Part shown: piece by piece, positions 46,296 to 58,009 of the stretch
How positions within the stretch are numbered: position 1 is the first letter of the stretch
Layout: each line of letters opens with the position of its first letter
Source of the DNA: Minutocellus sp. GHC0000111
Taxonomy: Eukaryota
Direction: 5' to 3'
Assembly (NCBI GenBank): GCA_977018835.1
Contig: OZ361261.1
Location: 62,001 to 126,000, forward strand
DNA length: 64,000 nucleotides
Position numbers and translations under genes: made by a program
Notes under the pieces: generated by a model
The model's database searches: none
What the model saw: the letters and a program-made list of their open reading frames with translations, nothing else
Told to the model about the DNA's origin: nothing

Positions 46296-49200
46296 ATGCC
46301 CTCGGTCACTTCCTCCTCCGCCCATTCCGCCCAATCTGGTCAATCCGCCCAATCTGGCCAATCCACAAACAGCGGCAACTCTGGCAACTCTGGCAACAGC
46401 GGCACTTCCCGCAGCCACAACGCGTACCACGGCCCCGTCGAAGACCGCGACGGGGATTACGACGTCGACTCGTCCGTGTACTGCACGGACCTCATGGCCT
46501 CGACTACCATCGGCGATGGTGAAGGAAAAGGGGGAAGGTACGACGATCCGTTGACGGGATGGAGCGAAGGTGGAGGCGGCACTCCTCGCAATGCCGCGAA
46601 TGGTGGCAATGGTGGAAGCAAGACTGGCGGCGGCGGTGGGGGGCTAATGGGCCTCCTCAAGAGGGGCAAGAAGCCAAGTAACAGCAGCAAGAAGGCGTCC
46701 GGCGCCGCGGCCATCGCCCTGGCTTACAATGACTTCGACGACTCCTCGGAAGAGGAAAACAATGGCAACAAAAATGGCAATGACGATGAGGGTGGAGAGT
46801 CCGACCTCCTCCACACTGGTCAGTCGACTCTGCGATCCATCCGTGAGGATGGCGACAACGACAACGACAATGAGGAGGAGGAGGATGCGGGCACCGTCCA
46901 GACCAAGACCGACGTCTTCCTCAAATACGCCGACTCCGTACAATTGGACGATGGGATGATGTCCACCGTAGCGCCCGACGAGGAGGCCAACGGTGGCATT
47001 GGCATTGGTCATGGTGCCGGCAAGGATGACAGGGATGACAACAGGGAGGATACGCTGAGGGCGGTGGTAGAAGAGGAGGACAGCACGATCAAGGGCAGCA
47101 ACATCAGCAGCGACATCAATATCGGCAGCACTACCAGCGGCCATAGAAGCGATGCCGAAGGGAGCAGCGTTATAAGCGGGAGCATCGTCAGCAGCCTCGC
47201 CAGCGGCGGGGTGTCCTGGTTGGGCGCATCCCACAGCACCCCGCCTCGGGTCACCAACCACAAGCAGCACCCCGTGCAGCTGCACCCATCGTATCTTCAA
47301 GGGCAATACGGTCATGGTCGTCCGTCCGGCTCGGCCGTACCGGATTGGGCCCGGGACGACTGCAACGACGATGACAGCAGCACCGAGGAGTGCAGCGACC
47401 ACCACCACCACCACCATCCTCCCAGTGGTGGTCCGACCAAGCCCACCAAACTCCGCAGCAAGTATCAACGGAGCCAATCGGCCGGGAGCGAGAGCACGGC
47501 CACCCGGAAACGCAACCGGATGCTGACCATGGTGGCCATGACGATGCTGTTTCTCGGTTTGTGCGCCGTGGTGCTGGGCGTGGCGTATGGGATGGGACTG
47601 ATGGGGGGTGGGAGTGGAAGTGGAAAGGTCAAGTCTGTGAGCAGCAGCGGTGGTGGTGCCAACGGGGGTTCCTCGCAGGCATGCGCTCGGACCGGCTCGT
47701 GCGGTGGCGATGAAGAGCAGATAGAAACCACCACCGATCCTGCCCTCCCTCCTCTTGATGACAATTCCGCCACCCCCACCCTGACGGCACCCACCGATCG
47801 ACCTACCAGCCCACCCTTTGACGACACCGACGGCATCTGTGCCGCGCGTGGTGCCAAGTCGCAGTCCTGCGGGGCGCACAATCCCAACCATCCCGCCAGA
47901 TGCTGCTCCGGCCTGTACTGCAAGGACAAGGTCTGTACTGATCCCAATCCTACCATGGAGGGCGGCGAGAAGAAGGACAAGGACGACGACAAGAACAACA
48001 AGAAGCAACAACCTACAGCAGCGCCAACCTCGTCGGAGACCATGGAGCCTACCATGGAACCAGAGCCGACCTCTCGTCCGACCAGCGCGGCACCGACCAA
48101 GCCACCGACGCCCAACATGTGGATTTCTCAGCCAACGTCCGAGCTAACCGCCGAGGGCGTCGTCTTGCCTCCGGGACACTTTACCTACGATCCCAACGAT
48201 GCCGTTTACGGCCCCCAGGCCTGGTCCGACCCACGATATGCGTCCACCACCTCCGTCACCCTCGACGGCAGAGCCATGACCGATGCGGCCAGGTTGGCCG
48301 AGATGGGATCCGACGAGCTGGACGGACTGGAGATCGTACCCGCCGACGACGCATCCGCCGAATACAAATTCTGGTCTCGTCATGCGTGGAGCATTGATCC
48401 CAATCGCAAGACGGCCATTACGGAGAATGTCTGTGGCGGCTTCGACGCCCGAGCCGAGCAGAGTCCCATTGACGTATATGTTCAAAGTGGAGACATTGAC
48501 GAGACCGGGGAGGAGACCGGCATTCCCGGCAGCGTCGTCCAACCCCGATGCTTCGAGCATCACGAGATCCGAATCAAGCCCGGCCAGTTCAGTTTGGACA
48601 ATGACAGGATCCGGAAGGAGATTCTGCCAAGTCAGCTGAGGTTGACGTATCCCGATCCCGAGTTCGAGGCCGATGGCAAGACGTTGGCGGCCGACTCCAA
48701 GTTGCCCACCGCCGACTTCCCCCATGGCTGGGGAGGTAATATGGAAGCGCTAAGGGTCGATGTCAAGATCCCCTCGGAGCATTGGCTGAACGGGAAGGAA
48801 TATGCGGCAGAATATCAGCTCTACCATCTCCATCACAAGAAGAAGAGGGCTCCGGTCATCAGTGTACTCATTGACTTCCATCCCCTGGACAAACCCAACG
48901 AGCACTTCCAGCTGGCCTTGGATCAGTGGCAGGCGGTATGGCAGAAGGACTATCTCGAATGTGAGCTGAGAGAACGCAAGGAACGCAGGGCGACGGCTAC
49001 CTTGATGGAATCCATCAAGAGTTGGATTGCGCCCGCGAGAAGTAAGCAGGAGGAGCTACGTCAGTCGACCATCCTGGACGAGCCCGCCGAAGAATTGGAG
49101 AAGCTCCGTCGCAATCTCCGAGCGGCTCGAAAGATGCAGGAGGAGACCAACTTTGCATGGGACCCCTACAAAAAGGATGAGATAATGCGCTCCATCCATT

Positions 49201-49646
49201 TCTTCGCCTATTCTGGTTCGCTGACCGAACCTCCCTGCACCGAGTTTGTCGATTGGCGCATACTCGATACTCCCATGCTCATCAGCCGTCGTCAGCTGTT
49301 CCAGATGAAGACTCTACTCTTCAACCATCGCAGCGTCGAGAGTGGATGCCGACCCAGCTCCAACCATCACATGGGCAGCGTCGCTCGCCGTCCGTTGCAG
49401 CCCCTCAACAGACGCAAAGTCTACCGCTGCACATGCCGTGATTTCTTGAGTGACGAAGATCGGGATACCATCCTCGCTTTGGATGGATTGACCGAAGCCA
49501 ACGCCACCTACACACCGAGATGCAGCAAGCGTGAGTTTAGGCTTGCAGAAAAGCATCGTGAATGGCTTCACCGACCGGAGGACGAAGAAATGACACCGGT
49601 ATTAGGGACGCTGCTACCGGATGATCCAGCAGACGGCGGTCTCTGA
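46296..49646 (+). CDS. Type II membrane protein with an extracellular alpha-carbonic anhydrase-like domain
   Basis: Long disordered N-terminus, one TM helix, PT/Cys-rich stalk, then YGPQAW, EQSPIDV, PSEHWLNGKEY.AEYQ.YH, YSGSLTEPPCTE.V.W and RPLQPLNRRKV. Probable ATG at 46296. Confidence 0.85.
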   Translation: MPSVTSSSAHSAQSGQSAQSGQSTNSGNSGNSGNSGTSRSHNAYHGPVEDRDGDYDVDSSVYCTDLMASTTIGDGEGKGGRYDDPLTGWSEGGGGTPRNAANGGNGGSKTGGGGGGLMGLLKRGKKPSNSSKKASGAAAIALAYNDFDDSSEEENNGNKNGNDDEGGESDLLHTGQSTLRSIREDGDNDNDNEEEEDAGTVQTKTDVFLKYADSVQLDDGMMSTVAPDEEANGGIGIGHGAGKDDRDDNREDTLRAVVEEEDSTIKGSNISSDINIGSTTSGHRSDAEGSSVISGSIVSSLASGGVSWLGASHSTPPRVTNHKQHPVQLHPSYLQGQYGHGRPSGSAVPDWARDDCNDDDSSTEECSDHHHHHHPPSGGPTKPTKLRSKYQRSQSAGSESTATRKRNRMLTMVAMTMLFLGLCAVVLGVAYGMGLMGGGSGSGKVKSVSSSGGGANGGSSQACARTGSCGGDEEQIETTTDPALPPLDDNSATPTLTAPTDRPTSPPFDDTDGICAARGAKSQSCGAHNPNHPARCCSGLYCKDKVCTDPNPTMEGGEKKDKDDDKNNKKQQPTAAPTSSETMEPTMEPEPTSRPTSAAPTKPPTPNMWISQPTSELTAEGVVLPPGHFTYDPNDAVYGPQAWSDPRYASTTSVTLDGRAMTDAARLAEMGSDELDGLEIVPADDASAEYKFWSRHAWSIDPNRKTAITENVCGGFDARAEQSPIDVYVQSGDIDETGEETGIPGSVVQPRCFEHHEIRIKPGQFSLDNDRIRKEILPSQLRLTYPDPEFEADGKTLAADSKLPTADFPHGWGGNMEALRVDVKIPSEHWLNGKEYAAEYQLYHLHHKKKRAPVISVLIDFHPLDKPNEHFQLALDQWQAVWQKDYLECELRERKERRATATLMESIKSWIAPARSKQEELRQSTILDEPAEELEKLRRNLRAARKMQEETNFAWDPYKKDEIMRSIHFFAYSGSLTEPPCTEFVDWRILDTPMLISRRQLFQMKTLLFNHRSVESGCRPSSNHHMGSVARRPLQPLNRRKVYRCTCRDFLSDEDRDTILALDGLTEANATYTPRCSKREFRLAEKHREWLHRPEDEEMTPVLGTLLPDDPADGGL

Positions 49647-49788
49647 ACCTGAGAATATTGATTTCGATGCCATGTATTCATCCCAACACAAACTTAACTT
49701 GGCGCCCAACTATGAATTTAGTATGCGAGCCTGCCAAACGATTCGTTCAACATGTTCTTTTGATTCATATATCTTTATATATGTTAGT

Positions 49789-50014
49789 CCCAAAATGCGC
49801 ACTGTCCCAGTTCGCGAACTGGGATCCCAGTTTGCGAACTGAGATTCATTTATCCCAGTTTGCGCACTGGGCCCCAGTTCCCAAACTAGGATCTCAGTTT
49901 GCGCACTGATACTACCAGAATGGAAACTGAGATAAACACGCCAATCCGAATTTGGGAACCAGACGAGTTCGCGAACTGGATGGAACAAAAATGAATACCA
50001 GTTTGGAAACTGGC
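49789..50014. repeat. Cluster of about 9-10 degenerate 18-bp palindromes (consensus CCCAGTTYGCGAACTGGG)
   Basis: Units near 49806, 49826, 49854, 49873, 49893, 49914, 49963 and 49997, plus weaker ones. Confidence 0.88.
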
Positions 50015-50259
50015 ATTCTCGGCAAGTGTCAGAATGGTAACTGCCGGTGTTGGCTCATGCACAATGATTATGTACTGGTAGATCTATCTACAATACAAGT
50101 TGCACTGTGCATCATATCTTGAATTTGCAAGCTACATGTACTGGTACAGTAGCAACATGATGCCGGCATAGCACAGATGCATGTACAGTTCATGACTTAT
50201 ATTTGCCAGAAGCAGCTAGCTAGATATTTTTTTTATTCACTATATGTATTTAGTATCAG

Positions 50260-52304
50260 CTAATGCCAATTATTGAGTATCAGCTCCGGCACTAATGTCG
50301 TCTGGACGTCTGGACCAGGTTTGGGCTGTGTTGCTTCACTATGAAAAAATGAAGCGAGGAGAAGCAAAGGCGATATCATCCATGCTAAATATTCATGGTA
50401 CATCTGCCGGTGGTGCTGCTGCTCGGCGGCAGTGCGGTACGAGGATCCCATGGTGGAGAGCCGACGGGGTTGTGGATACTGCTGACCGTGGTGGTGATGG
50501 TGGTGGGCAGTAGAGGAGGTGCCGGAGGAGGAGAACAGCCCACTGGAATAGGCCAGGGGGTGCTGGTCCCTCGTGTGGGACGGACCTCGGGAGCCGTACC
50601 ACGCCGTTGGGCCCTGGGCCGATCCTCCGGAACGAGTACCCGTGGAACATCCCAAGTCGGTCGCCGTGGTGAGGGTGTTGGACGGCGGGTAGTTGTTGGC
50701 CGTTGTTGGCGGCTGTGGAATCGACATGGCGGTCGAGTACGCCGACCGGAGCTCCTCCTTCATGGGCAGCGGCTCGAAGCCAGCAAACGTACCGCCGCCG
50801 TCCTCGCTGCCGACCTCGTCCTCGGCGTCGTCGGACAGGATGGCCAGAGCCTCGTGGAGCATGGCATCGTCGGCCTCGGAGGTTGTGGTATGGTGAGACA
50901 CCGGGGCCGGGGCCGGGGCCGAGGAGGGGTAAATGTATTCCTGTGCCGCCCCCTGCTCGACTTTGTGGGGCTTCTCGGCAGCAGCGATCGCTACCTCCTG
51001 GTGATCGCCGTCATCCTTGCCATCCTCGCCGTCGTCCTCGTCATCGTCGATGAGGCCCAGCCCGGGACCAAAGAGGGCGATGGAATCGAACGGCAGAGGT
51101 GCGGCCTCGTCCACTGCGGCGGAAGCCTGGACCTCCTCCTCCTCCTCCTCCTCCTTTTCCTCATCTACCTGCTCCTGCTCAACCCCAACCTCTTCCTGAA
51201 CCTCATCGGAATCGGCAAAGAAGATGCCATTGTCGTCGACCAGACCGGCCTCCCGGGCCGACTGGCTCCAGTAGTCCTTGGAGTTGGACTTGGACTGCCG
51301 CTTCCGGCCGGGCTGCGTCTTGGCCTGCTCGATCTGAGCCCGAACCTGGGCGGGGAGGCGGGTGCAGGACTTGTAGTGGTGGCTGTTGGTTGGTTGGTTG
51401 GTTGTGGGAATGGGGGGCGAGAGTTTTGGGGAGGCATGCACAGACATGGAAAGGTGTGAGAGAGATGACATGCATGTGCATGTATAATGAAATATACACG
51501 TATATCGAGAGAATCTCCATCCGGGTAGGCTCGGTTTCCCTTCTCCTTCTCCTCGTGTCCATGCTGCTGTATTATCACTTATATTGTCGTCGGATATTGT
51601 CGGCGATGGTAAATCAACCCAAGGCCTACTTCTATAAGCAATAGGCCGAGTTGGGCCAGTTGGCACAGGGTGCTGGTATTTGCCTGCCTGCCTGCCTGCC
51701 TGCTCTTGCGGCGAGCGAACCTCTCTCGGCCTTTCGGCCTCCGGTCCCCTGACCGGATCGACGAAACAACCATCGATATGCATGTGTACGAATGAAAATG
51801 CCACTGGAATATCCCTTTTCCCTGCCTCCATCATCTTTCTCGTCGTCGTCTTGATCCCAACAGTTTCCAACAAACAAAAAAAAACGAGCACGAGATGCTC
51901 TACTAGCATGCACAAACTGCACTGACTTACCGCTGATAATTTCGGACGGCCTGATGGATCAGCCCGATGTTGCTCGGGTACAGCTCGCTGCCCTTGGAGC
52001 GCTCCCCCCGGGGGCAGTCCTTGCACCAGACGCATCGGATGCCGACCTGCCCGACGACGACGGCGGCCTTGTTCCCCCCGGAGCGGTTCTTGGCCGTCAG
52101 ATCTTGGGGGAGGGCGGCAAAGTGTTCGATTTGCGAGCGGAGCAGACAAAGGGCCGGGGACAGCCACTCGGCGTCGGTCGACGTGGAGAGGACGATGGAG
52201 GGATGGTTGGGAGCGGAGGAGGCCACCTGTGCTGGGCTGCTGCCGGTGGACGAGGGCACTTTGGTGGGTGCCGCTGCTGCTTCGTTTTTCTTTTCTTTTT
52301 TCAA
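50260..52304 (-). CDS. Protein with a diatom-type GQVGIRCxxC domain and acidic/low-complexity tail (putative transcription regulator); 2 exons, start unclear
   Basis: DAEWLSPALCLLRSQIEHFAA...GQVGIRCVWC...YPSNI..IHQAVRNYQR | HHYKSC...YWSQSAREAGLVD; intron 51383-51930; no in-frame ATG found in exon 1. Confidence 0.75.
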
Positions 52305-52724
52305 TCAATTTTTGGGTGCCGCCGAGAAAGCAAAGTTCCGAGACGAAACGGCAGCAAGGAGGTCGCGCGGAAGATACGAACCGAGGTTCCGGCGGCTGCG
52401 GTCAGCGAGAGGTGCCCCTTCGGATTTGGGGAATGGATGGCTGAATCAAACTGCTTTTGCAAAGCACGGTCTGGTCTTTTTCAGTACTGCATGTAGTGCA
52501 TCTGCGTTTGTCCGAATGAATAATGCGTCCGTCCTGGCGATTGCTCTGCAACTGCTTGCTGTGTTGTGTGCCAGCTTTTTACGACCGTGCGCACACGAAG
52601 ACTGGAGGGGACCCGCGAAATCGGTGACCAAAGGCGCGGTGACCGAAGGCGGCCCTGCGAAAAAGGCAACGAGGACGGCAATTAATTTATTCATTGTCCA
52701 CTCCCTCACTTATCAAAAGCAAAA

Positions 52725-55700
52725 ATGTCGTCGTCCTCACACATGGTTATGCCGATGTCGTCGTCCTCATCGCCATCGCCATCGTCCTATTCGTCGGCAC
52801 CCGGCCGTCTATTGGCGGGGCCCAAGGACGCCGAATGGCTATCGCCTCACCTATGCATCCTCCGGTCCATCATCGAGGCCTTCGCCGCCACACCGCACGA
52901 CGTCGAGGCCCGACGGAAACTCGGCGGGATGAAGCATCCCCCCCAGGTCGGGCAGGTGGCCATCCGGTGCGTCCATTGCAAGCATCTGCCCCTCCGGCAG
53001 CGGTACAAGGGCAGCGAGGCCTATCCCAGCTCGGTGAGTAACGTGCATGCAGGGCGCCGCTCAATATGTTTTGTAACGGCTGAAAGTTTCATTTCATTCC
53101 CAAGCAATTTCCGGCACGACATGTGTGCCTTTCGAGCATATGTTTTCAAATCGGAAAAACCATTGGGTTATTATCATGTGAGATATCTCAACAACTCACG
53201 CGGATATCATATATTTTCCCTTGCTCGCCATCATCACTATCCACTACTCCGTCTGCAGATCAAAAACATGCACCAGTGCGTCCGCAATTTCCAGCGCAAT
53301 CACTTTCGCGGATGTCAATGCATCCCCGCCGACGTGCGGCGGGAGTTTGACAAGGTCCAGTCCAAGCATACCCAATCCAGAGCCAAGGCGAACGAATACT
53401 GGGCCGAGTCCTGTGCCGATCTGGCCATGATCGACCGGACCGATGGGAGTGGCATTGTGTTTTTGGACGGTTTTGGTAGCGGTGGTGGTATTGGTGGTGG
53501 TGGCGCGGATGAAAATGTTCATGCAGTGCGCTCCATTGAAAATGATACACATGTCTCGGCGGTCTCGGCGGCATCAACGTCGGCGACAATGACTTCCGTT
53601 GCGGCGGGTTCTTCTGCGTTCGCTCGCCCTGACCAATCGCAGAGCAGCATGATGGCGCATGATCAGGAATCGATTCTGGCGACTGCGGCCATGGCTGCTG
53701 CGGCCGCTCCCAATGTGGCCGTGGAAACGACGACGACGTCGGTACAACAGGGACAACGACGACCCCGGGCCGACACCTTTGACATTTTGGACCAGCTGGT
53801 GGCAGCTTCGGCTGGACCGTCCCCTGCCCCGCAGATGCTGGACGATGGAGACGATGCGGCGCTGATGGATGTCACCATTGCTGCAATGGGTTTCGGTGGC
53901 AAGAATACTGACAGCAATGTCGGCGGAGAACAGGATGATGACGACGATAGTCTCCCTGCGTCAGAAGCCGTGTCTCGGGACGCTGATGATTCGCAGACCC
54001 AAAGCCTATCGCAGGGCACTCAGTCGCAAGATGATATCTTGCTCCATCGAAGCGATGATGCGTTGCTGGATGCAGCCCATGAAGAACTCGATTTGTTGGA
54101 AGGAGATGATGATGATGATGGTGGTGGTGGTGGTGATGCGGGCAGTAATGACGGCGCCAATGCGATTGCTTCTGCCCTCGCCGCCGAGGACCACGCCGGT
54201 CCCGACTTTTGTCAAAGGCACCGCCCCCCGAGTGCTGCTTGCGTGAGTGCTGGATCAGTGACAGACACTCATCCAGCTGTCCCGTCTTTCAACTCGAACC
54301 AATCCACCATTTTGTCGCCGTCATCTCCTTCTTCGGCTGGTTCCCCTTCTGTCGAATCGTCGCCGGCGTCGAATCATCCCACCATCGAGCTGGTCAATTT
54401 CATCATGAGTTTGGCTGCTCGACTTCAAGCATGCCACCGTGCCGGAGTATCTCTCTCGGTACTTCTCCCAACTTCAGCCCCTCTCAACATGCAGCACGCA
54501 CGTGCAGTGCTAGAGGACGCAAATGGCAAGTGTTCCAGAGTCCAATCGTCTGACTTCCTCTCTGGTCTTCTCGTTCGCAAAGATTTGGCCTTGCTTGGCC
54601 GTCTCCTTTTCTTTCATTTGGCCGGGGAGGACCCCACCACCTTTGTTAATCATACACGGACTTCTGCTCGTGGTTCTGACTCTGAAGACGAAAGTGAAGA
54701 GAGAGCCCCCAAACTGGAAAAGACAGCTTCCAAGGATTCGAAGATTAGGACCAAATTGCGCGATATTTCCCTTCCAGTATCACTCTGCATCGTGATCGAA
54801 AATCTACTCCAGGCAGAAGACAACGATGACTCTCCCTACAGATATCACGGTGCAGACGAGTTGCAGGACGATTTGCGATATATGCTTGCTCAACCGAACC
54901 AGTACCTTTTTGACGCTGATAACAGAGGTCAGACGGGCCAGCTAATCTTCCCTTGGGGGCAGATATACGGCAGGACGGAGGAGATGGCATCTCTTATGCA
55001 GTCATTTGATCGGACCATCATCTCCGGAGAAAAGGACAACCATGTCGTGTTCTTATCGGGCTATTCTGGCGTTGGTAAGACCATGATGATCGAGCAGCTT
55101 AGGATTCCACTTGCTGCCAGGTCTGGGCGCTTCATTAGCGGGAAGTTTGATAAGCTCCGTCAGAAACAGCCCCTGTCGGTCATTTTCACCGCGGTTGATG
55201 ACTTTTGCAAGGATGTTTTGTCGGGAGATGAGGCTGTGCTAAAGCAAATACGCTTGGATCTGCAGGAAAGCCTAGAACTGAGCGCTTCCAGTGTGCTCGA
55301 GGAACTGATTCCCAACCTCCGTGCCCTAATCGACACTGACTCGCCTCCATCTTCCCCCATCGGCGGCATGGAAGCTCTCAATCGGCTAGTGTATGCGTTC
55401 AGAGCCCTGATTCGATCGCTGGCTACCCCGTCGCACCCAGTCATTCTGTTCTTAGACGATCTTCAGTGGGCCGACGCTGCTGCGCTAGAACTCATTTCGT
55501 CTATCGTTTCTGACCAATTACTGTCGTCCTTGCTCTTCGTCGGAAGCTACCGTGCCAATGAGGTGGAGCATGAACCCGACCATCCCTTCCATACCGCCAA
55601 GCAGGCGATCGAATCGCCGAAATTGCGATTTGAGCCGCGACAACGTCAACTCGCTGATATGCGATACACTCCGGCTCCTTCCTCGATATGCAACGAGCCT

Positions 55701-57890
55701 ATCAGACGCCGTCTACTCCAAGACTGGCGGCAATCCCATGTTCACCGTCCAATTCATTCGATCACTTTGGGACGAGCAACTCCTTCGATATTCTGCGGAG
55801 CTTCGACAGTGGACGTGGGACGAGGCGGCGATCCAGGAGAAGGAGGTCGCGGGGAATGTAGCAGAACTTTTATCAGCGAAGATGCGCAAATTTGACGAAC
55901 GAATCCAGTGGCTACTCAAGATCGCCTCGTGCTTCGGATGTCGTTTTGACTCTTCCTTGATATCGGCGCTTGATACTGGGGGCGATGAAATGAACACGGG
56001 CATTTTGCTAGATACTTGCCTCAGCGAAGGCTTACTCTGCCGGTTGTCAAAAAGCGAGAGATTTTCAGGACAGTATCGATTTAGCCATGATTCCATCCAG
56101 CAAGCGGCTTACTCGCTCATCCCAGTTCTGGAGCGTGCGGGGGTCCATTTATCTATTGGACGGACCCTTCGAGAAAAGTCAGAAACGGCGGGTAACTTGG
56201 AAAGCATCTTGTTTGTGGTTGTCGATCAACTGAGCCGAGGTGCTGATTTGATAACTGACCCAGAGGAAAAGATCAAATTTGCGTGGCTCTGTCTCCAAGC
56301 CGGAGAGAAAGCAATGTCTTCGTCGACCTTTTTGCCCGCATCGTTATATCTTTTGCAAGGATCAGCGATGCTTTGCGAAAGCGACTGGGAGGTTTACTAC
56401 GAACTCAGCCTGAGGACCTTTGTAGCATGTGCACAGGCTCAGTATGTAATAGGCCAACACGACGGTGCACTCATTGCTCTTTCGAGGATCTTCGCGCATG
56501 CAAAGAGTTTCGAGGATCAACTCGATTCCCACTGCACACTCCTAAATTGTCTTGGCGCTCAGGGCAAGCTCACAGAAGCCGTAGTGAAGAGCTTGGGCGT
56601 TCTTGCTAGGTTGGGAGAGCCCATGCCGGCAGAGCCAACTCAAACAGACATAATGACAGAGTTTGGCGCCGTGAAGGCGCTGTTGAGCGAGACCTCGCCA
56701 GCACAGATTGTATCAATGCCTGAAATGGTCGACAAGGAAAAGTTGGCTGCAATGAAGCTTTGCTACTATCTCACATACCATGCCTTCCAAGGCCATCAAC
56801 AGCTGCTGGCCGTCATCCTTCCGCGAATGATTCAAATGTCTCTGAAATATGGAATGACACCAATGAGCGCAGTCGCTTTTGGTGGATTTGGAACATTTTC
56901 GGCTGCTTTTGGCAAATACAAAGAAGCAGTGAGTTTAGCAAGAATCTCTACTGCCTTACTGGACCGATTTGGCGATAGGCCTGTCTATCTTGCAAGGGTT
57001 TATGCGACGATCCAATCCAGTCGACTGTCTTGGCCCTAGAAAAGGGATATACGGTTGGTATGACAAACGGCGATATCAACGCGTGCTTTAGTTGCCTAAG
57101 CATGAAGCATTTACTGCAACTTCAGAGTGGAAGCTTTGCGCTTAGCTCACTTGTCAATGAGATGAGCTGCTCGATCCAAGAGATGAAGAAGCACTCTGGA
57201 GAAGGTCTAATGCTCAGCATGACATTACCGTCTTATCAAGCTGCATTGAATTTGAGCATTGAGACAGGTGAAGACCTGACGCTTCTTTCTGGGTCGGCAA
57301 TGAATCAAGAGGAGGTACTTCAGCGCACGAGAGAATTGGGGCAGACGAATGTCGAAAGCTTTATCATTTTCTTTCGTATGTGGCTGGGCTATTTATTTGG
57401 AAGATATGAATTGGCGGCTGAGATGGCCGAACAAAGACGAGAGATTAGCAAGGTCCGACCACTGCGAGGAGGTTCGTATGTTTCGGAAATATTCTACAGT
57501 GGCCTGATTGCAGTGCAGATGGCAAAAAGAAATGATCCTGGTGAATGGAAAGAAATCATCGCAGAGTCCATTGCAACCTTTACCTCGTGGACGGCAACTT
57601 CCGAGACAAACTTTCGCCATAAATTGAGATTGCTCGAGGCCGAGAAATTGTACTACCTCAACAACGACCGGGATGCCGCTGCCGTTGCTTATGAAGAGGC
57701 AATAACTCTGGCTGGTGAGAGAGGATTCATCAATGACCAGGCTCTCGCCTGCGAACGTGCCGGTCTATTCTATTCTGAGGTGGGAAACATTGGCCAGGCG
57801 CACAGATGTTTGGAGAATGCCCATACATACTATCTTGCCTGGGGTGCAACAAACAAGGCCAAGGATGTGATGACTCGACACTTAAATTGA
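52725..57890 (+). pseudogene. STAND-class P-loop NTPase/TPR protein (AAA_16-like) with an N-terminal GQVAIRCxxC domain; two frameshifts
   Basis: Intron 53034-53258. Motifs IYGRTEE, Walker A GYSGVGKT, FISGKFD, Walker B LFLDDLQWAD, VGSYR.NE, KTGGNPMF, YRFSHDSIQQAAY, then helical repeats ending AWGATNKA. Frame changes near 55620 and 57030. Confidence 0.85.
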
Positions 57891-58009
57891 AGCGACTAAA
57901 TGCTAGCTAGCTACAAACATATATTATAAACTGCATATTCATCATAACATTGTAACCTAAGTATATTGCATGTATCTTCTATTGAATCTAGTGGGCTACC
58001 CCCTTTGCT

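Noticed and set aside
49789..50014. CRISPR array
   Set aside because: Spacers are very short and irregular, the repeats are degenerate, there are no cas genes, and the context is eukaryotic.
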